From NCBI GenBank assembly GCA_028534125.1, contig CM052816.1:27282001-27346000 (forward strand): a stretch of 64,000 nucleotides of DNA, written 5' to 3'. The notes below the pieces were generated by a model. It had not been told where the DNA came from and made no database searches. It saw nothing but the letters and a program-made list of their open reading frames with translations. Position numbers and translations under genes: made by a program. Within the stretch, counting starts at the first letter, position 1. Every line of letters begins with the position of its first letter. This document shows, in pieces, positions 1 through 12,829 of this stretch. The stretch comes from Lama glama (lineage: Eukaryota).

Positions 1-112
1 GCTTCCCGTTGCATGTCTTGAGAACCACCCTGGAGAACTAGTGCTTGATTGTGAGCATGGAGTGACATGACACCTCATCATGGACAATGGATTAGCACCA
101 AGGTGGCCTAAA

Positions 113-370
113 TCAGTGCTTCTCAAACTTGAACATGCGCAAATGAATCACCCGGAGAGCTTGTTAATCTGATTCTCCAGTCTGCACTAAAGCCTCAGAA
201 TTTGCATTTCTTTTTTTTTTTTAATAGAGGTACTGGGGATTGAATTTAGGACCTTGTGCATGCTAAGCATACGCTCTACCACTGAGCTATACCCACCACA
301 GCATTTCTAACAAGCTTCCAGGTGATGCTGGTGGTGCAGGTTCTGGTCCTGGACCACACTGTGAGATGCA
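113..370 (+). mobile_element. MER5-like hAT-Charlie MITE interrupted by a SINE
   Basis: CAGTGCTTCTCAAACTT start and 'agaatttgcatttctaacaag...ccaggtgatgctg...ggaccacact' consensus pieces. Confidence 0.8.
212..300 (-). mobile_element. tRNA-derived SINE (camelid Vic-1-like, short form)
   Basis: tRNA-like head (GGGTATAGCTCAGTGGTAGAG on minus), poly(T) on plus, and TSD GCATTTCT at 204-211 and 301-308. Confidence 0.85.
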
Positions 371-2687
371 GGGGCCTGAGCAACCCACTGCCATAGAAGG
401 GTCTGGACTTCTGCAAATGACTCCTTCTCTCTCTGAGAGTCCTTCAACTACAAGATTCTAGGATTCTGTTTCATTACTTGAGTTTTTAATGCCTTTTTTA
501 AGAGTCAGGGCAAAGGAAATCCGTAGACAAAGAGCGCTTATTTTAAATGCGAAGAGCCCCTTGAGAGACAAAATGAAAAGGAAGTGCTTTCAGCAATAAG
601 TGGGGTGTTCTCAGAGATGTTATGAAGCTCCAAAACTAAAACAGCCCTCCACCTCCCCAACACACGCTCTTTCTGTTGCCCTGGATGGGGAAGATGCAAC
701 AGGGAAAACCACTTCTCCCTCAGGAAGGGACTGAAGGACATCACTGCGAAGCCGCACAAGGTGAAAGGCACTTGGCTTCTGCATCAGTTTTGCCTTGTTC
801 CCTTCTTGCCTCAGTGACGCTCTAGATTAGGTGATAGATGCTCTAGAGAGATATCTCTACTTCTGATTTCTCATCCATCCTTACCGCAGGTTCCCTTGAA
901 CCCATTTCTACAAGACGAGCTTTCAACACCAGTTTTGAGGGTGGGAGATATGTTCCTTAGAGTCCCAAAACACCGAAACATGGGAGAGGAGACTGTCTTT
1001 GCCCTGAAGTTTTTTCTCCCTCGAATACTGCCTGATTCCTGACTTTCTTAATTCCACAACCTTCTAGAAAATCGGGGAGCTGTGATGCCTATATCTATGG
1101 ACTAAGCAAAGGGAAAAAATGTTCAAGTTCAAGAAGACAGGGCAAAGATGCTATGTGTCTAAGCCCTGCCACTTCCCACTCTTTTCATTATTTTTGACAC
1201 TGCTAGGGCTTTACTTTTAACTTTTCCATCACCCCCTGCTCCTCTCTTTCCCCTCACTCTTTCTCCCAGAAACATAAGCAAAGTGTTAAGAGATGAAAGG
1301 CAGACAGAGCAGGCCGCTCTGCTTTCCTGAGTAAGTCCTGAGGTTCATTCAAAATAATGGCCATGCACATTCTGTAATGGCAGAAAAAAGCAGCAGATAA
1401 AACTGCCCTTACAATATGATTCCAACCGTACAAAAAATATGCCTCCTGAAAAAAATACTAGAAAGAAAAACAGCTATGTTGTATTGGTGGCATAGTTAAT
1501 TGTAGTTTTTATCTTCCACTTTAATAATTAGGTTACCTTTACAATTTTGTTAAAGAAAAATAAAAAAATAATTGTTTTATTTGACTAACATTCTCATCCA
1601 GATGTTTCACTGTATGTAAATTTTTATTGGAGTTACATAACAAAATCTTTGTCATAAACAGTTGATTCTTTGCTGCATCAGGCTGAAGTGTGCATTTTCT
1701 TGATGGAGATCTTAGCAAATGCATTTCCCTATTCTTTGAGTTGATTTTACATTAAATCATGTGAAATGGATTAATCAGTGGGCTTTTTGATTTAAACTGC
1801 TGTATCAACCTTCACTTTCACGTTCTTAGCATGAAACCTTAATAAAATTGAAAACAGGAGGTTTATATATTTAGTATCATCAGCTATGTCACAGCAGTGT
1901 CAAGAGGACAAATTTCATATCAATGTATTACTCTTGGTGCTGGTTTGAAAATCTTAGAAAACCATATATTTTCAAAGGTTCAGGGTTTGTCACAAAATGT
2001 GCATGCACAGGGACTAAAAATATAGCAAATTTGCAATACTTTTAAATATACATCCAAAATGAGTTTCACCAGATACTAAATTTTAAAAGTATGATTTCCC
2101 TTTACTCACTGTCATACTAGTGATCTTCTCTACTATTCAGGTATTGAAATTCTTTCAGGATCTCTTCTCAAACCCACCCTAGGGCTATTTATTACTGTTA
2201 CATAACTGAGTTTTCCAGCCTCAGCACATCTAAGTTCTCAGATGCAAAGCTGTAGTAATATTTATCTGCTTTCTTTCATAAGAAAATTATACAATGAGCT
2301 AAGCAGATACATATTTTGAAAGAATCACAAAACATTTAAAGTGCCATGAATTGAAACAAATGTGTATTTGAATGCCCAATTAATTAAAAAACTCAAAGTC
2401 AATGAAATTGAATATGTTTGATTTGAACACCATATGTCGACATAACGTACTTGGTGCTCATATGGAGGAAACCGCAGAGAAGAGTTGACACTCACTGCCT
2501 TATGCTGTCCTACATGAGTAGCAGGGATTAAGCAGAGAATACATGCAGACATTTCACAAATAACTTCCTTTTACAGGTGCAAATTTTTCACACATAACTT
2601 CCTTGATGCTAATACTGCGCCCACACTACTGAGCCACCTGTAGATCCTTGGACTACAGTTGCTGTTCAGTGCACTCAACTTCACAGG

Positions 2688-2875
2688 GGCTCTGGAGTCA
2701 GCAGACCTGGTTTTGAATGCAGAACTCTGGGCAACTTATTTGCTCTCTGTGAGCCTCAGTTTCCTCATCAATTAAATGGGCATAATACAGTCCTCCCTCA
2801 GAAAATAATTTTGGGGGCAAACAAGCTGTTTACAGAAGACTTGGCACAATGCCTGGTACACTGAGCACCTGAGAA
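2688..2875 (+). mobile_element. MIR SINE
   Basis: 'ggctctggagtcag...cctcagtttcctcatc...aaatggg...cacaatgcctgg' core. Confidence 0.8.
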
Positions 2876-3914
2876 AGAACTGGGAACTCTCAGAAACAGC
2901 TGTGCAGCTCCAGGCACAGGCAACGTTTCTTCTCAGGCCTTCAATTCCTACTTCTGCCTCTTCCTCTCGCCTGCCTGTGGTATCTGCACTTCCTTCACAT
3001 TTCTTTCCAAAACTTGTTTTTCTCACAAAAATTTAATTTAGTCATGGTGTAGTGTAACTGATGGCAACAGGATTTAAAATATTATCCCTGTCAGGGGAAA
3101 ACAGAGATTTTAATAGGAATCAATGCCTTCAGCTAAAGGAAGGGCACTCCCAGGGGCAGACCCATGGGCACTGGTGAGCTAGTGAAGGTGCAGGGACGCT
3201 GCCCAGGCCCCTGACAACCTCAGCCATGTGCCTCCCTCAGGGCCCAGTGTGGAGCCCAGGGTCCAGGGATGCAGCAGGTGAGCCCTGGGCTGTACCTCTC
3301 ATAGAGAGGCTTCCGAGGGCCACCAACAGGTCTCGCTTGAACTCTTCCTCCTCCGAAAACACTTGAAAAAACAGGCAAAGAGGGCAGGCATGACTCTTGA
3401 CTTTGTAGCCCACGAGGGACGGCAGGAAAGGTGTGTGGTTAAGTCCCGGGGTTGATCTGCTGGGCTGACAGGTTCCCATAAGACCATACTTGGGATGACC
3501 TTGGGTTGAGTTCTGTGTGCACCACTTCTAAGAGGGATGCTGGGAAACTGCAGTCACCCACAAGAAAGCCAGAAGCATGAGCAGAAGACACTCAAAACTG
3601 TGGAGGGAAATTATAGTCTGGAGAAGACAAAACCCAGGGTGACTGCTACCTCCAAACACTTAGTGGTAGCCTTGCTGCGGGCAACTGTCCTCTATGGCTC
3701 CAAAGAACAATGGTCAAGGACTGGAAATTTGAGGGACACTGATTTTGGCTGAAGAAAAACTAACCTTTATGAATGGGAAGCTTCTTGAGACTGAGAGCTC
3801 CCTGTGACCGAAGTGACGAAATACAGGCTGGACAACCCCACGGTCAGGGTAATAAGGATCGCTTTCAAAGATCTGATGGCCTTTGAACTACAGTATTATT
3901 ATCATTTGCCTTTA

Positions 3915-4060
3915 AAAATTCAATTATAATTACAACACATTTTCATTTAACTTTACAGAATAGTTGAAAAAATAAAAACAATACAAAGAGCACCTGTATA
4001 CCATTTATCCATATCTTTCCACTGTCAACACTTTACCCATCTGCTTTTATTATTTGCACC
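3915..4060 (-). mobile_element. Old L1 (L1MC/L1ME-like) 3' fragment
   Basis: Resembles antisense L1MC 3' end ('acagaatagttgaaa...ctgtcaacactttaccc'). Confidence 0.5.
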
Positions 4061-4184
4061 TTCCCACGTTCTCTCAAACTAGCTGATTTCTAGGGTGGTT
4101 TCTTCTACTGGGAGTTAGAATTCTAAAGGTTGAGGCTTCTTTCCATCTAATAAGTTTTTAGAAAAATTGGGATCCTGCTGGCAA

Positions 4185-4385
4185 TGCTCTTCCCAGCACT
4201 TATCACTCTTACCACTATCTGAAATGATCCAGTTTATTTACTCATTTGCTTGCATGTCGTCTGTCACCCCCTAGAATGGAAGTGCTGTGAGAACAGGGGT
4301 CTTGTCTACATCTTGTTCTTCCCTGTGTCTGCAGTGCATAGAATGGAGAACACAAAGGTTAGCTGTGGAATGAATAAATAAAAGA
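4185..4385 (+). mobile_element. L2 3' end
   Basis: 'ctagaatggaagtgctgtgagaacagggg...tgaataaataa' L2 terminus. Confidence 0.75.
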
Positions 4386-5389
4386 ACAAATGGGTCTGAG
4401 GACACCTATCTAGTCAAAGACTTGTTAGTACAAGGATGGATGTTAACATCTGACGATCTACACAAAATAGAAAATGCCTAAATACTTCAGAAAGGTAAAG
4501 AGATAACATCTTTGTCAGGTGGAGTACATTCTAAGTGGCAGAAGGTTTAGGGAAATGTTCCCCTGGAGGGTGCTCCATCAGAAGAAGATGTGGCCTCTTC
4601 TCAGAAGCCAAGGTGTCTTCTGCTGCCACCTGTTTGAAAAGACAGCCATGAAGATGGAAATCTGCAAATGCTCTTGGAACAAATTCCTCCTAGGTTGTTG
4701 AAACAAGAAAGATTGGGAGGCACTGGTAGGGGTGTGGGGGTTATTTCTACATCTGAATGCCCACACAACTAACTGAGATCACCTCAGTTCTTTCAGAAAT
4801 GGATGGTGAAAACTTTACCACATTGAGATTTCTTTCAAAGGAGCTCACAGACAATTCTACAGTGATACTTTGAAGAGACTGAGTTTTCCATGTGTTTCTT
4901 TTTCTAGGCTCACTCTTGCTCTATTAGAAAGTGGCTTACCAGCCTCCAAATGGTCCATCAAAGGAGGTGAACATGTGATTCCATTAAAGAGGACTGAGTT
5001 GTTCCCTCACACATCCATTTCATGTCAGGTCTAATTATTGGTGATTACCTTGAGCAATGGATCTATGCTCTGGGTGATGTTTAAAAGCTTTTGAACTTGA
5101 AACTGGCTTTCTTCTTAACCACAGAATAAATGTGTAACATCAGCTATTGTGGAAGTGGCTACAAGTCATAAGACCTGGAGAAAATGGAATAAACCAGCCC
5201 CAGGAAAAATTATTTTTAAAAGCTTCCGTTAATTCACTTAACTTGGTAAGCAAGAGAAGCTATTTAACAGAGAAAAGGAATTTTCCTCTTCATTGGAGAG
5301 GGAAAATGCTAACTTTTAAAGTTTTCAAAGGATAATATCCTAAAATTAAATCATTGTCCCTAAGTGCAGCTATCTGAGAGACAGTTTAT

Positions 5390-5655
5390 GTAATGGATAA
5401 GAGCAGACTCTAGAGCAGACTTCCTGGGGCTGGAATTCCAGCTCTATAATGTAATTGCTGTGTGACTCTGGGTGAGTTAATTAACTTCTCTGCTCTGTGC
5501 CTCAGTTTGGCATCTGTAATATAAATATCCTAATAGTACTTGTTAGGTAATAGTACTTTAGTTCACAGGGATTTTAGGATTAATTGCATTAATATAAGTA
5601 AAAGGCTTACAGTACCTAGCACATTAAAAACTACTGAAGTATTTGCTATTATTTT
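5390..5655 (+). mobile_element. MIR SINE
   Basis: 'tgtgtgactctgggtgagttaattaacttctc...gtgcctcagtt' core. Confidence 0.8.
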
Positions 5656-7176
5656 TTCTCTCTTACTCCCCATCTCCAACTTAAAAAAGAAAGAAAGAAA
5701 ATCTTGTACCTACAAAGTACCTTCAGATACATCACCTAATTCTTATCCTAACAGTAGCGTGGTAACACTGGCAGAACAAGTTTCTTTTTCATGTTATAGA
5801 TAATGAGTCAGAGGCTCACGGTTGTCTAACTGATGGACAGCTGAATGCTGACTCAGATGGAGGTCTCTGGACTCCGAGGCTGGGGCCTGTCCACTGCGTC
5901 TGCTGCTTCTGTCACTGATCACAGTCAGAGGTTCAGCTTTGAACCTGGCGATGCCTTGTAAGGAGGCACAGCCTGGTAAGTATGATGGCCAAAGCCTCTG
6001 TTAAATCCCACAGAAACTTGAGTGTGCTTGAAATTAAAACATTTTTTAAAAACCAAGATAAATGAAAACTTTCATTTGAACTTAAAACTATCTTCTGTGG
6101 TGTTTCTGACCCACACATTGAAGCATTACTTTCACTTACACCAAAAAACCCCAAGATAAACAAACCTAGATAGAATAATTATTTTCTCCGTTTCATCTAA
6201 ACAAAACGTCAAAAGAAAACAAACAGTCCAGAGAAAAGTAAATTAGCTTTCTACAGGTCCTTTCAGTTCAAAAGGCCTAGAATTTTAGTAGCGGCATAGG
6301 TAAGGACCATCTATTTACATTTAAGCACAATGCACATAATTCGCAGATTATCTTAAGTCTTCCATCATCTGTGGTTCTCAGGATTCCAGTTACTATCAGA
6401 GGTCCAGCTTAGGCAAGGTTAATGGTGATGCTTCAGAGTAATTACTTGGAAAAATAACAAACATCATTTCATAGTTTAATATGCTATGGTATCATTCCCA
6501 TCAATATCCTTTTTATTTTCATTTTTGCCCATCACAGAGAGAAAAGCAGAGAGGCTTAATTTGATTTACAGAGGGGAAAAACAACCCTGAATGTACTTTT
6601 TTTTTTGTCAGGGTGGAGGGGTGCGCAGGGAGAAGAGGTCAGCCAGCTGGTTTTCATCTATATGCCATAATTCTTTGTTTAGTTTACACTATTAAACTCC
6701 AAAGCTCTGCTTTAATCTTAACTGTTACAGTATGCTTACTGCAGATTCTATCATGTCGCGTCCCTGATAGGGTTTCAGACTCTGGCAAGGCACCATCCCC
6801 CAAGCTGGTCCTCGCCATATGGGTAGTAAATGCATCCAACATTTTTTCATTGGCGCCTGCATCATTATGTTTTGTCACCAATGGTTTCTCGGGTTTTCAG
6901 TAAATTGCTGCGTATACTGTGGTTTGGAGCTGCCGCAATGATCGCCTACATTTATTTGTATACAGCCGAGTCCTCATTAGGGCCTCCCTGTCCAGTTAGC
7001 CTTTGGAGGATGACCGAACATCTGCTTGTTGAGGGTGGGGGTGGGTGAGCAGAGAAGCCATAAAAGAAGAAGAAAACAGAAACCAAGAGCAACCAGTGTG
7101 AGGGGAGAGAGCTTCCAGGGAGTCCCCCACACTTGAAAAGTCAGGTCGGAGAGGAGAGGTGGGGAGCGAAACATAC

Positions 7177-7249
7177 CTGATCTGTCTTCATTTTGTGAAT
7201 CACATCTTCGGCACAGTTCCGGGATGGTCTTGAGTGATGTGACTGAATA
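7177..7249 (-). CDS. SNCAIP: Synphilin-1, second coding exon (YSVTSLKTIPELCRRCDSQNEDRS + 1 nt; 73 nt, phase 0 to 1)
   Basis: Continues the previous exon in frame and matches the synphilin-1 sequence. Acceptor is TTCCTATTCAG| and donor is CAG|GTATGT. Confidence 0.97.
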
Positions 7250-7475
7250 CTGAATAGGAAGTCAGAGGAGAGAGAGCATAAAATTTAAAATAAGAGTATT
7301 ACATTGGCTCAAACTGGCTAGAAAATCAAAACACAAGAAGTGATACTTGAGTACAACACGTATATCTAGAAAGTCTATCTAATTTTACCCTAAACGGGCT
7401 GCTGGATGATCTGGCAGCATCCCAAACTCTACCTACAAGCATGTCAGTAGATGCACATTAAAAAGAGGGCTGCAC

Positions 7476-7606
7476 GGGGGAAGGATATAGCTCAAGTGGT
7501 AGAGTGTATGCTCAGCACTCAAGAGGTCCTGAGTCTGTTCGCCAGAACCTCCTCCAAGCGGAAATCAAGGAATAAACCTCATTACCTCCCCCTCACTAAA
7601 AAAAAA
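7476..7606 (+). mobile_element. tRNA-derived SINE (camelid Vic-1-like, long form)
   Basis: GGGGGAAGGATATAGCTCAAGTGGTAGAG head, A-tail, and 15-bp TSD AAAAGAGGGCTG(C/G)AC at 7461-7475 and 7607-7621. Confidence 0.88.
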
Positions 7607-10600
7607 AAAAGAGGGCTGGACAGTTCTTTAACAAACAAGGTGGAGTGTATCCCGCAGACATTCTATCTCTTCTGCTACTTGTGGAAGATGGAAGGATTTT
7701 TCTGACCTTGACAGTTTCTAGAAGACAGCCATAATACTTCCATTCTGAATCCCAAGAGCGAATCTACTCGTGAGAAGCCAGGAGGAGGAACACCCAGCTT
7801 CCTGGGGCATCCAGGGAAGCCAGGAGCCATATCTCTTGGATGACAGAAATGTCCCTAAATGTTGCCACCTGCCACAGATTTTACTGTACTCTCCATGGGA
7901 AATACTGAGGTAATGTTACAAAAAGCAAGAGGAGCATGGCTCCGTGTTTGAAAGCTCATCTATTCCACGTACAGATTAGTCTGAATTGAAAGAAGCCACC
8001 TCGCAGGCTCAGCCCCAGCACCAACTCAGGGGCCGGCTATCAGGATAACAAATTATGACATAAAGGGGCATAAAATCAGAAGAGTAAAATCAATAGCTAT
8101 GATATATGGGGACAATGTCTGATGCCAATCAATCTTTCTTTGGAGAAGGGTGTTTTCAAACAAAATAAATAGGATGAACCCTCTTTAATTAGAGGCCAAG
8201 TCAGGGAGTGTCTTCAATCATACTTTAATTCATAAAACATAGCTGCCTAAAAATAGTTTGCTCTGTACCTTCAATAACAATGTTCTTAGCTAAATGAGCA
8301 TGCATTTGGAATGACTTCACTGCTGCAGAACTGGGAGGGGGATGGAGAAAAAAAAGTTTAATCTAAAAGAAAAATGATCATGGGAAACTCATTAGGATTA
8401 TTCTAGCATTACAAGTGAGGAATGTGTAATTAGGACAGGACACATCTGTCAATAAGAAGGTGCTTTCGTTAGCTTGATATTGACAGATGAAGTAAAGTGT
8501 CTACATTGAGACCCCCCCCCACACCAGCCATCTCCCCACCCCTGTGCTTTCCACACAGTATCAGGACAGCAAGACAGAGGGAGGGGCAGTTGGAGCTATT
8601 GTCAGTCTGCCAACTGCACATCACAAACAAATTAAATTTCCAGGACTTCCAAGTGAAAAACAAAATCTCAGATGACTAATTAGAGAAATTACTCTTACCT
8701 GTCTGATGCAATAACATCCTGTTTACCTTGGCCATTCCTCAGAGACTACAGGTGCTCTGGCAAACCCATTCACACACTTCAGGGAGGCAGGACTGCCTCT
8801 TGAGCCAAAAATGAACTCCAAGGATTTCTTTTCCCCTTTTACATTATGTTCTTTGGGAGTGGGGCATAATATAGGTATAGAAGGCATTTGTGTTACTAAT
8901 AAGTTACCTTATGTTTCTGGCCAAGTACAAGCTCTCTAAGGAAATCTGGTAGCTTCTTGAGACCAGCTGGTACAGGTTAAATAATTACACAGTCTGTAAT
9001 TCAATTAAAACTGGGCCTTTTGTTTCGGCTGCCATGTGCTCCACGAAAACACCCTTTGGCAAAGTCTTACCCTCTTTCCTTTTTCTTCCCCTTTTCTTCC
9101 AAGGCAAAATTTTAGAAAGAAGAAATTTAAGATTGATTGTGTTTAAATACAGTTAATGATAAATTCAATAAGTTTCTCAGTGGGCTTAATGACATGTATT
9201 TCATTAAACCAGGCATGCTGCTATCTGCATTTCCAACCACATATATCCTATCTGCCACTCCCCAACCCCAAGGTCAGGCACGTCAAAATCTCCGATTTAT
9301 TAGCTACACCTTCAAGTCTTCCAATTTGACCTCAAAGGTCCACGGGGTGCAATCACTTTTAATTTGATGAGGTTTAAATTTGAACAGCACAGGCTTCCTG
9401 GTTGGTATGGGGACTGAGCTCCAGGCAGAGACTAGCCTAGCTGAGCTTCACCCACTGTCTCGACCTACATCACACCTGGCAGCTTTGCTGCTCCACCCCT
9501 GGTCATACAGGGAGTCACTTTTGTGAAGGCATCCATCTTAATTCCTTGGGAATAATGACACTGATGAAAAAGTCATGTGCTGCTCCTGGCAATGGAAATA
9601 AAAAGTACAGCAGTCTAAGAAAAAGATGGTATGTTGGCCAGAAAAATCAAAGTTTTGAGTAATTATAAGGGTATATGGAATGTCAAATGCAGCAGTGACT
9701 CCAATCTATCCTGTGAACAAATCTGCCATTCTTTGTAAGGACACACAGGAGAAAATCAATTTGTGGATTTTAGTAAGCACAAACACTGCTCTTTGGATAG
9801 AAGATAAACCTTAAGGGAATGTTGTATAAAAAGTTAAGTTGTGACATGAAGAGACGCAGAGGAAACACACAATTCACAAAATGAACACACAACAATTTTT
9901 CATATTTGCAAATTTGGGAATAAGCAAATGATCCAGGAAGTCTCCCCTCACGAGTGCACTGTACTATCACCTGGGAGCTGAAGGAGACTCCCCAGGCCTT
10001 CACCCCAGTTCACAGGTCAGATGCCCAGTTCCCAGGGTAGCAACTACTGTTACTTTGGCCCTAACAGAACCAAAGCCCAGTATATCTTCCCTGTCTCTTG
10101 ACCCCAAAAATCCAAGACTTTATATTCTGTACCCTTGATTCCTATTATCCGTGAGTGATAAGAAAGGAGAGGGGGCTTGCAGATGGCAGAGAAGACTATT
10201 TCCTATCTCTGTGTTGCTCTCTAATTTATTCTTTCTCTAAAAATCTCCCAGAGGTCATTCCTTGTAGAAACAGCCTTTTTGATCTAGACTTCTTTCCCAC
10301 TCCTCCATCATGCCTTAAGAAAAGCCTCTGCTAAAGGCTGTCCAGTTGTCTCTGCGTCTTCAATGTCCCTGTGCATTCAAAGTTTAGTCCCCCTTCTCAA
10401 ATTTTCTTTACTCTAGGGGCCAGCTTGCCTTCAGTGCCTTCCCCTGGCCAGGGAAATGTCCCTGCTCTGCAAGGCCAGCTTGATTTCTGCTTTCTCTATT
10501 AAATCCTGGGTGATTGCTTCAGCCCTTACTGACCTTACTCTTTTCTGCCCTTGATAAAAAATAAAATAATAATAATAATAATAAAAACCGCCTTGCCTTA

Positions 10601-10839
10601 TGCTCTGTTTTCCACGTGTTAGTGTTGGCTCCCACAAGCGCATGAGGAAAAGAATGATACCCTTGACTTGTACATATGCATGGCACATGATGACTTATTA
10701 GCTGTTTGACTGAAATACTAAGCTGTACACACATTTGATAGATCCCTGAGCATAATATTAATAGATGTTCAAGGGAGTTCTTTCATATTTAGGTCATAAG
10801 TGGGAGTTTCTTCCGTGCTTCCATACTTGCACTAGAATT

Positions 10840-11040
10840 AACTAGCTTTCTAAAATGCAAATTTGACTAAGGTGCTTCTCTGTTTCAAATCCTCCAGTGG
10901 TTTTGCACTGCCTACAGGACAAAGGCCACATGCCTTGGTATGGCTCATGTAGCCCTCCGTGACCTCAGACTAATCTCTCACCTGTGTCCACTTCTTTTGA
11001 TTGTAGTAATACCAAATTTCTTGTGGATCCCCTACAATAC
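10840..11040 (+). mobile_element. L2 fragment
   Basis: 'ctttctaaaatgcaaatttgac...aaatcctccagtgg...ctgcctacaggacaaa' L2-like sequence. Confidence 0.65.
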
Positions 11041-11071
11041 CTTCTCTGGTCCTCCCGGATGGAACTTATCC

Positions 11072-11233
11072 CAGCTTTCAAAGTGTGGTTAAATCAGTGA
11101 CATTAACACCACCTAGGAACCTGTTAGGAATTCACATTCTTGGGCCCCATCCCAGAAACTCGGAGGGCACAGCCCAGCAATCTCTGTTTTTATAAAGGTG
11201 ATCCTGATGCAGACTGAAGCTCAAGAACCACTG
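11072..11233 (-). mobile_element. MER5-like hAT MITE
   Basis: 'tcaaagtgtggt...attcttgggccccatcccaga...aagaaccactg' terminus. Confidence 0.75.
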
Positions 11234-11389
11234 CCCTACCTCATCTCCTTATCTTAGGCACGCGTCCATTATAGAATCTATCACATGGCATTTCACCTAC
11301 ATGCTTACATAACTGCTTTCTGATGGTGGTGGACAAGGTTTTATTTACCAAAGATACTAGGTACTTATTGAACTCAGAAAAAGGAATAC

Positions 11390-11489
11390 NNNNNNNNNNN
11401 NNNNNNNNNNNNNNNNNNNNNNNNNNNNNNNNNNNNNNNNNNNNNNNNNNNNNNNNNNNNNNNNNNNNNNNNNNNNNNNNNNNNNNNNN
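11390..11489. other. Assembly gap (100 N)
   Basis: Run of exactly 100 N. Confidence 1.
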
Positions 11490-11722
11490 GGGTAGAGGGT
11501 GGGAAGGGATAGACTGGGATTTCAAAATTGTAGAATAGATAAACAAGATTACACTGTATAGCACAGGGAAATATACACAAAATGTTATGATAAATCACAG
11601 AGAAAAAAATGTGACAATGAGTGTGTATATGTTCATGAATGACTGAAAAATTGTGCTGAACACTGGAATTTGACACAACATTGTAAAATGATTATAAATC
11701 AATAAAAAATGTTAAAAAAAAT
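11490..11722 (+). mobile_element. Lineage-specific L1 3'UTR and A-tail, cut by the gap
   Basis: 'gggtgggaagggatagactgggatttc...ctgtatagcacaggg...aataaaaaatgttaaaaaaa'. Confidence 0.9.
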
Positions 11723-11859
11723 AGTAATAATGATGGTAGTTATATTTTTAGTAAATCTCCTAACTATGAGTTTAGCAATGTCATCGTGGTATATTTAAAA
11801 GAATAAACGCTTCTAATATATCAACAGCATGAATGCTGCTTGATGCCTTAGCTTTTGGT

Positions 11860-12050
11860 ATAAAGAACAATGGATGTGGAGCCAGAAGCTCTGGATTCCA
11901 GTCCTCGTTCTGACATTTCTTAACTCTGTAGTTCTGGACAAATAAATCATTTCCTATCTCTGGGACTCAGTTTCTTTATAAAACACAGATAATCATAGGA
12001 GATAATGTAAGTGAAGTCAGTTTGCAAGCTGTGAAATGATGTTAAATGTT
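11860..12050 (+). mobile_element. MIR SINE
   Basis: Degenerate MIR core 'tggagccaga...ctctgggactcagtttc'. Confidence 0.65.
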
Positions 12051-12829
12051 TTGGTCTCTTCGCTCTAACACATTGTCCGTGTGTACTACAGCTCTTCCTT
12101 TGTCTTCCTTCCTCTCATGATGTCAAGCTCAGTAGATCAAAACGTGAGAATGGATGAGGCAGGAAGAGGGGGGGCCAAGTCTGGACTGGGAAGGAAAGGA
12201 GGGACAGCCCAGCCTGTCTTAGCACATTATTTGGCTTCTCTGGTCTTTCTTCATCCAAGAGAGCCCATGGCCAAGAACAGACACTGAAACTTAACTTCAC
12301 AAACCACATAGAGTTGCTATGACATAAGACAATCCTACACATCCCCGGCTTACGCCAGTCAACGTTGTCACTCTGCCATGCAAAACAGTTTGAGCACGCA
12401 TGGGATTCATAACAACATAGTGTGATCCTCACACTGGGCTTTGGGGATCTCTGACCACCCTACATACTGCTCAGGACTGAAAAGCTTTGGCCCTTACCCC
12501 TGAGAACTGGAGCCAATTGGGTGAACAAGCAGACATTACTCAAATGGCCACGAGCCACAGAGAGTGAAAGAACTAAAATCCCAAGTACCTTTTCAGGCTA
12601 GAGACTGTTAAACAACTAAGGTCCCATTAAGTTTCCAAAAGAAACAATCAAGCAAGTCATCCAAACAACTATCCTGAAATTCATGATTTCTCACATAGCT
12701 CTCCAAAATTCCAGCAGGCATCTCAACAGTCACGCAATAAAATGGCAAAAATGTGAACACGCAAAGCTGGTAGTGAAAGCAAAAACACACAGCTGAAGTG
12801 AGATTTCTCAGAAACACAGTATTTTTTTT

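Noticed and set aside
212..300. tRNA gene (also 7476-7550)
   Set aside because: A-tails and TSDs show these are tRNA-derived SINEs.
8693..8703. Strong donor-like CAG|GTAAGA on minus
   Set aside because: No convincing acceptor or open frame could be paired with it, so an exon cannot be supported.
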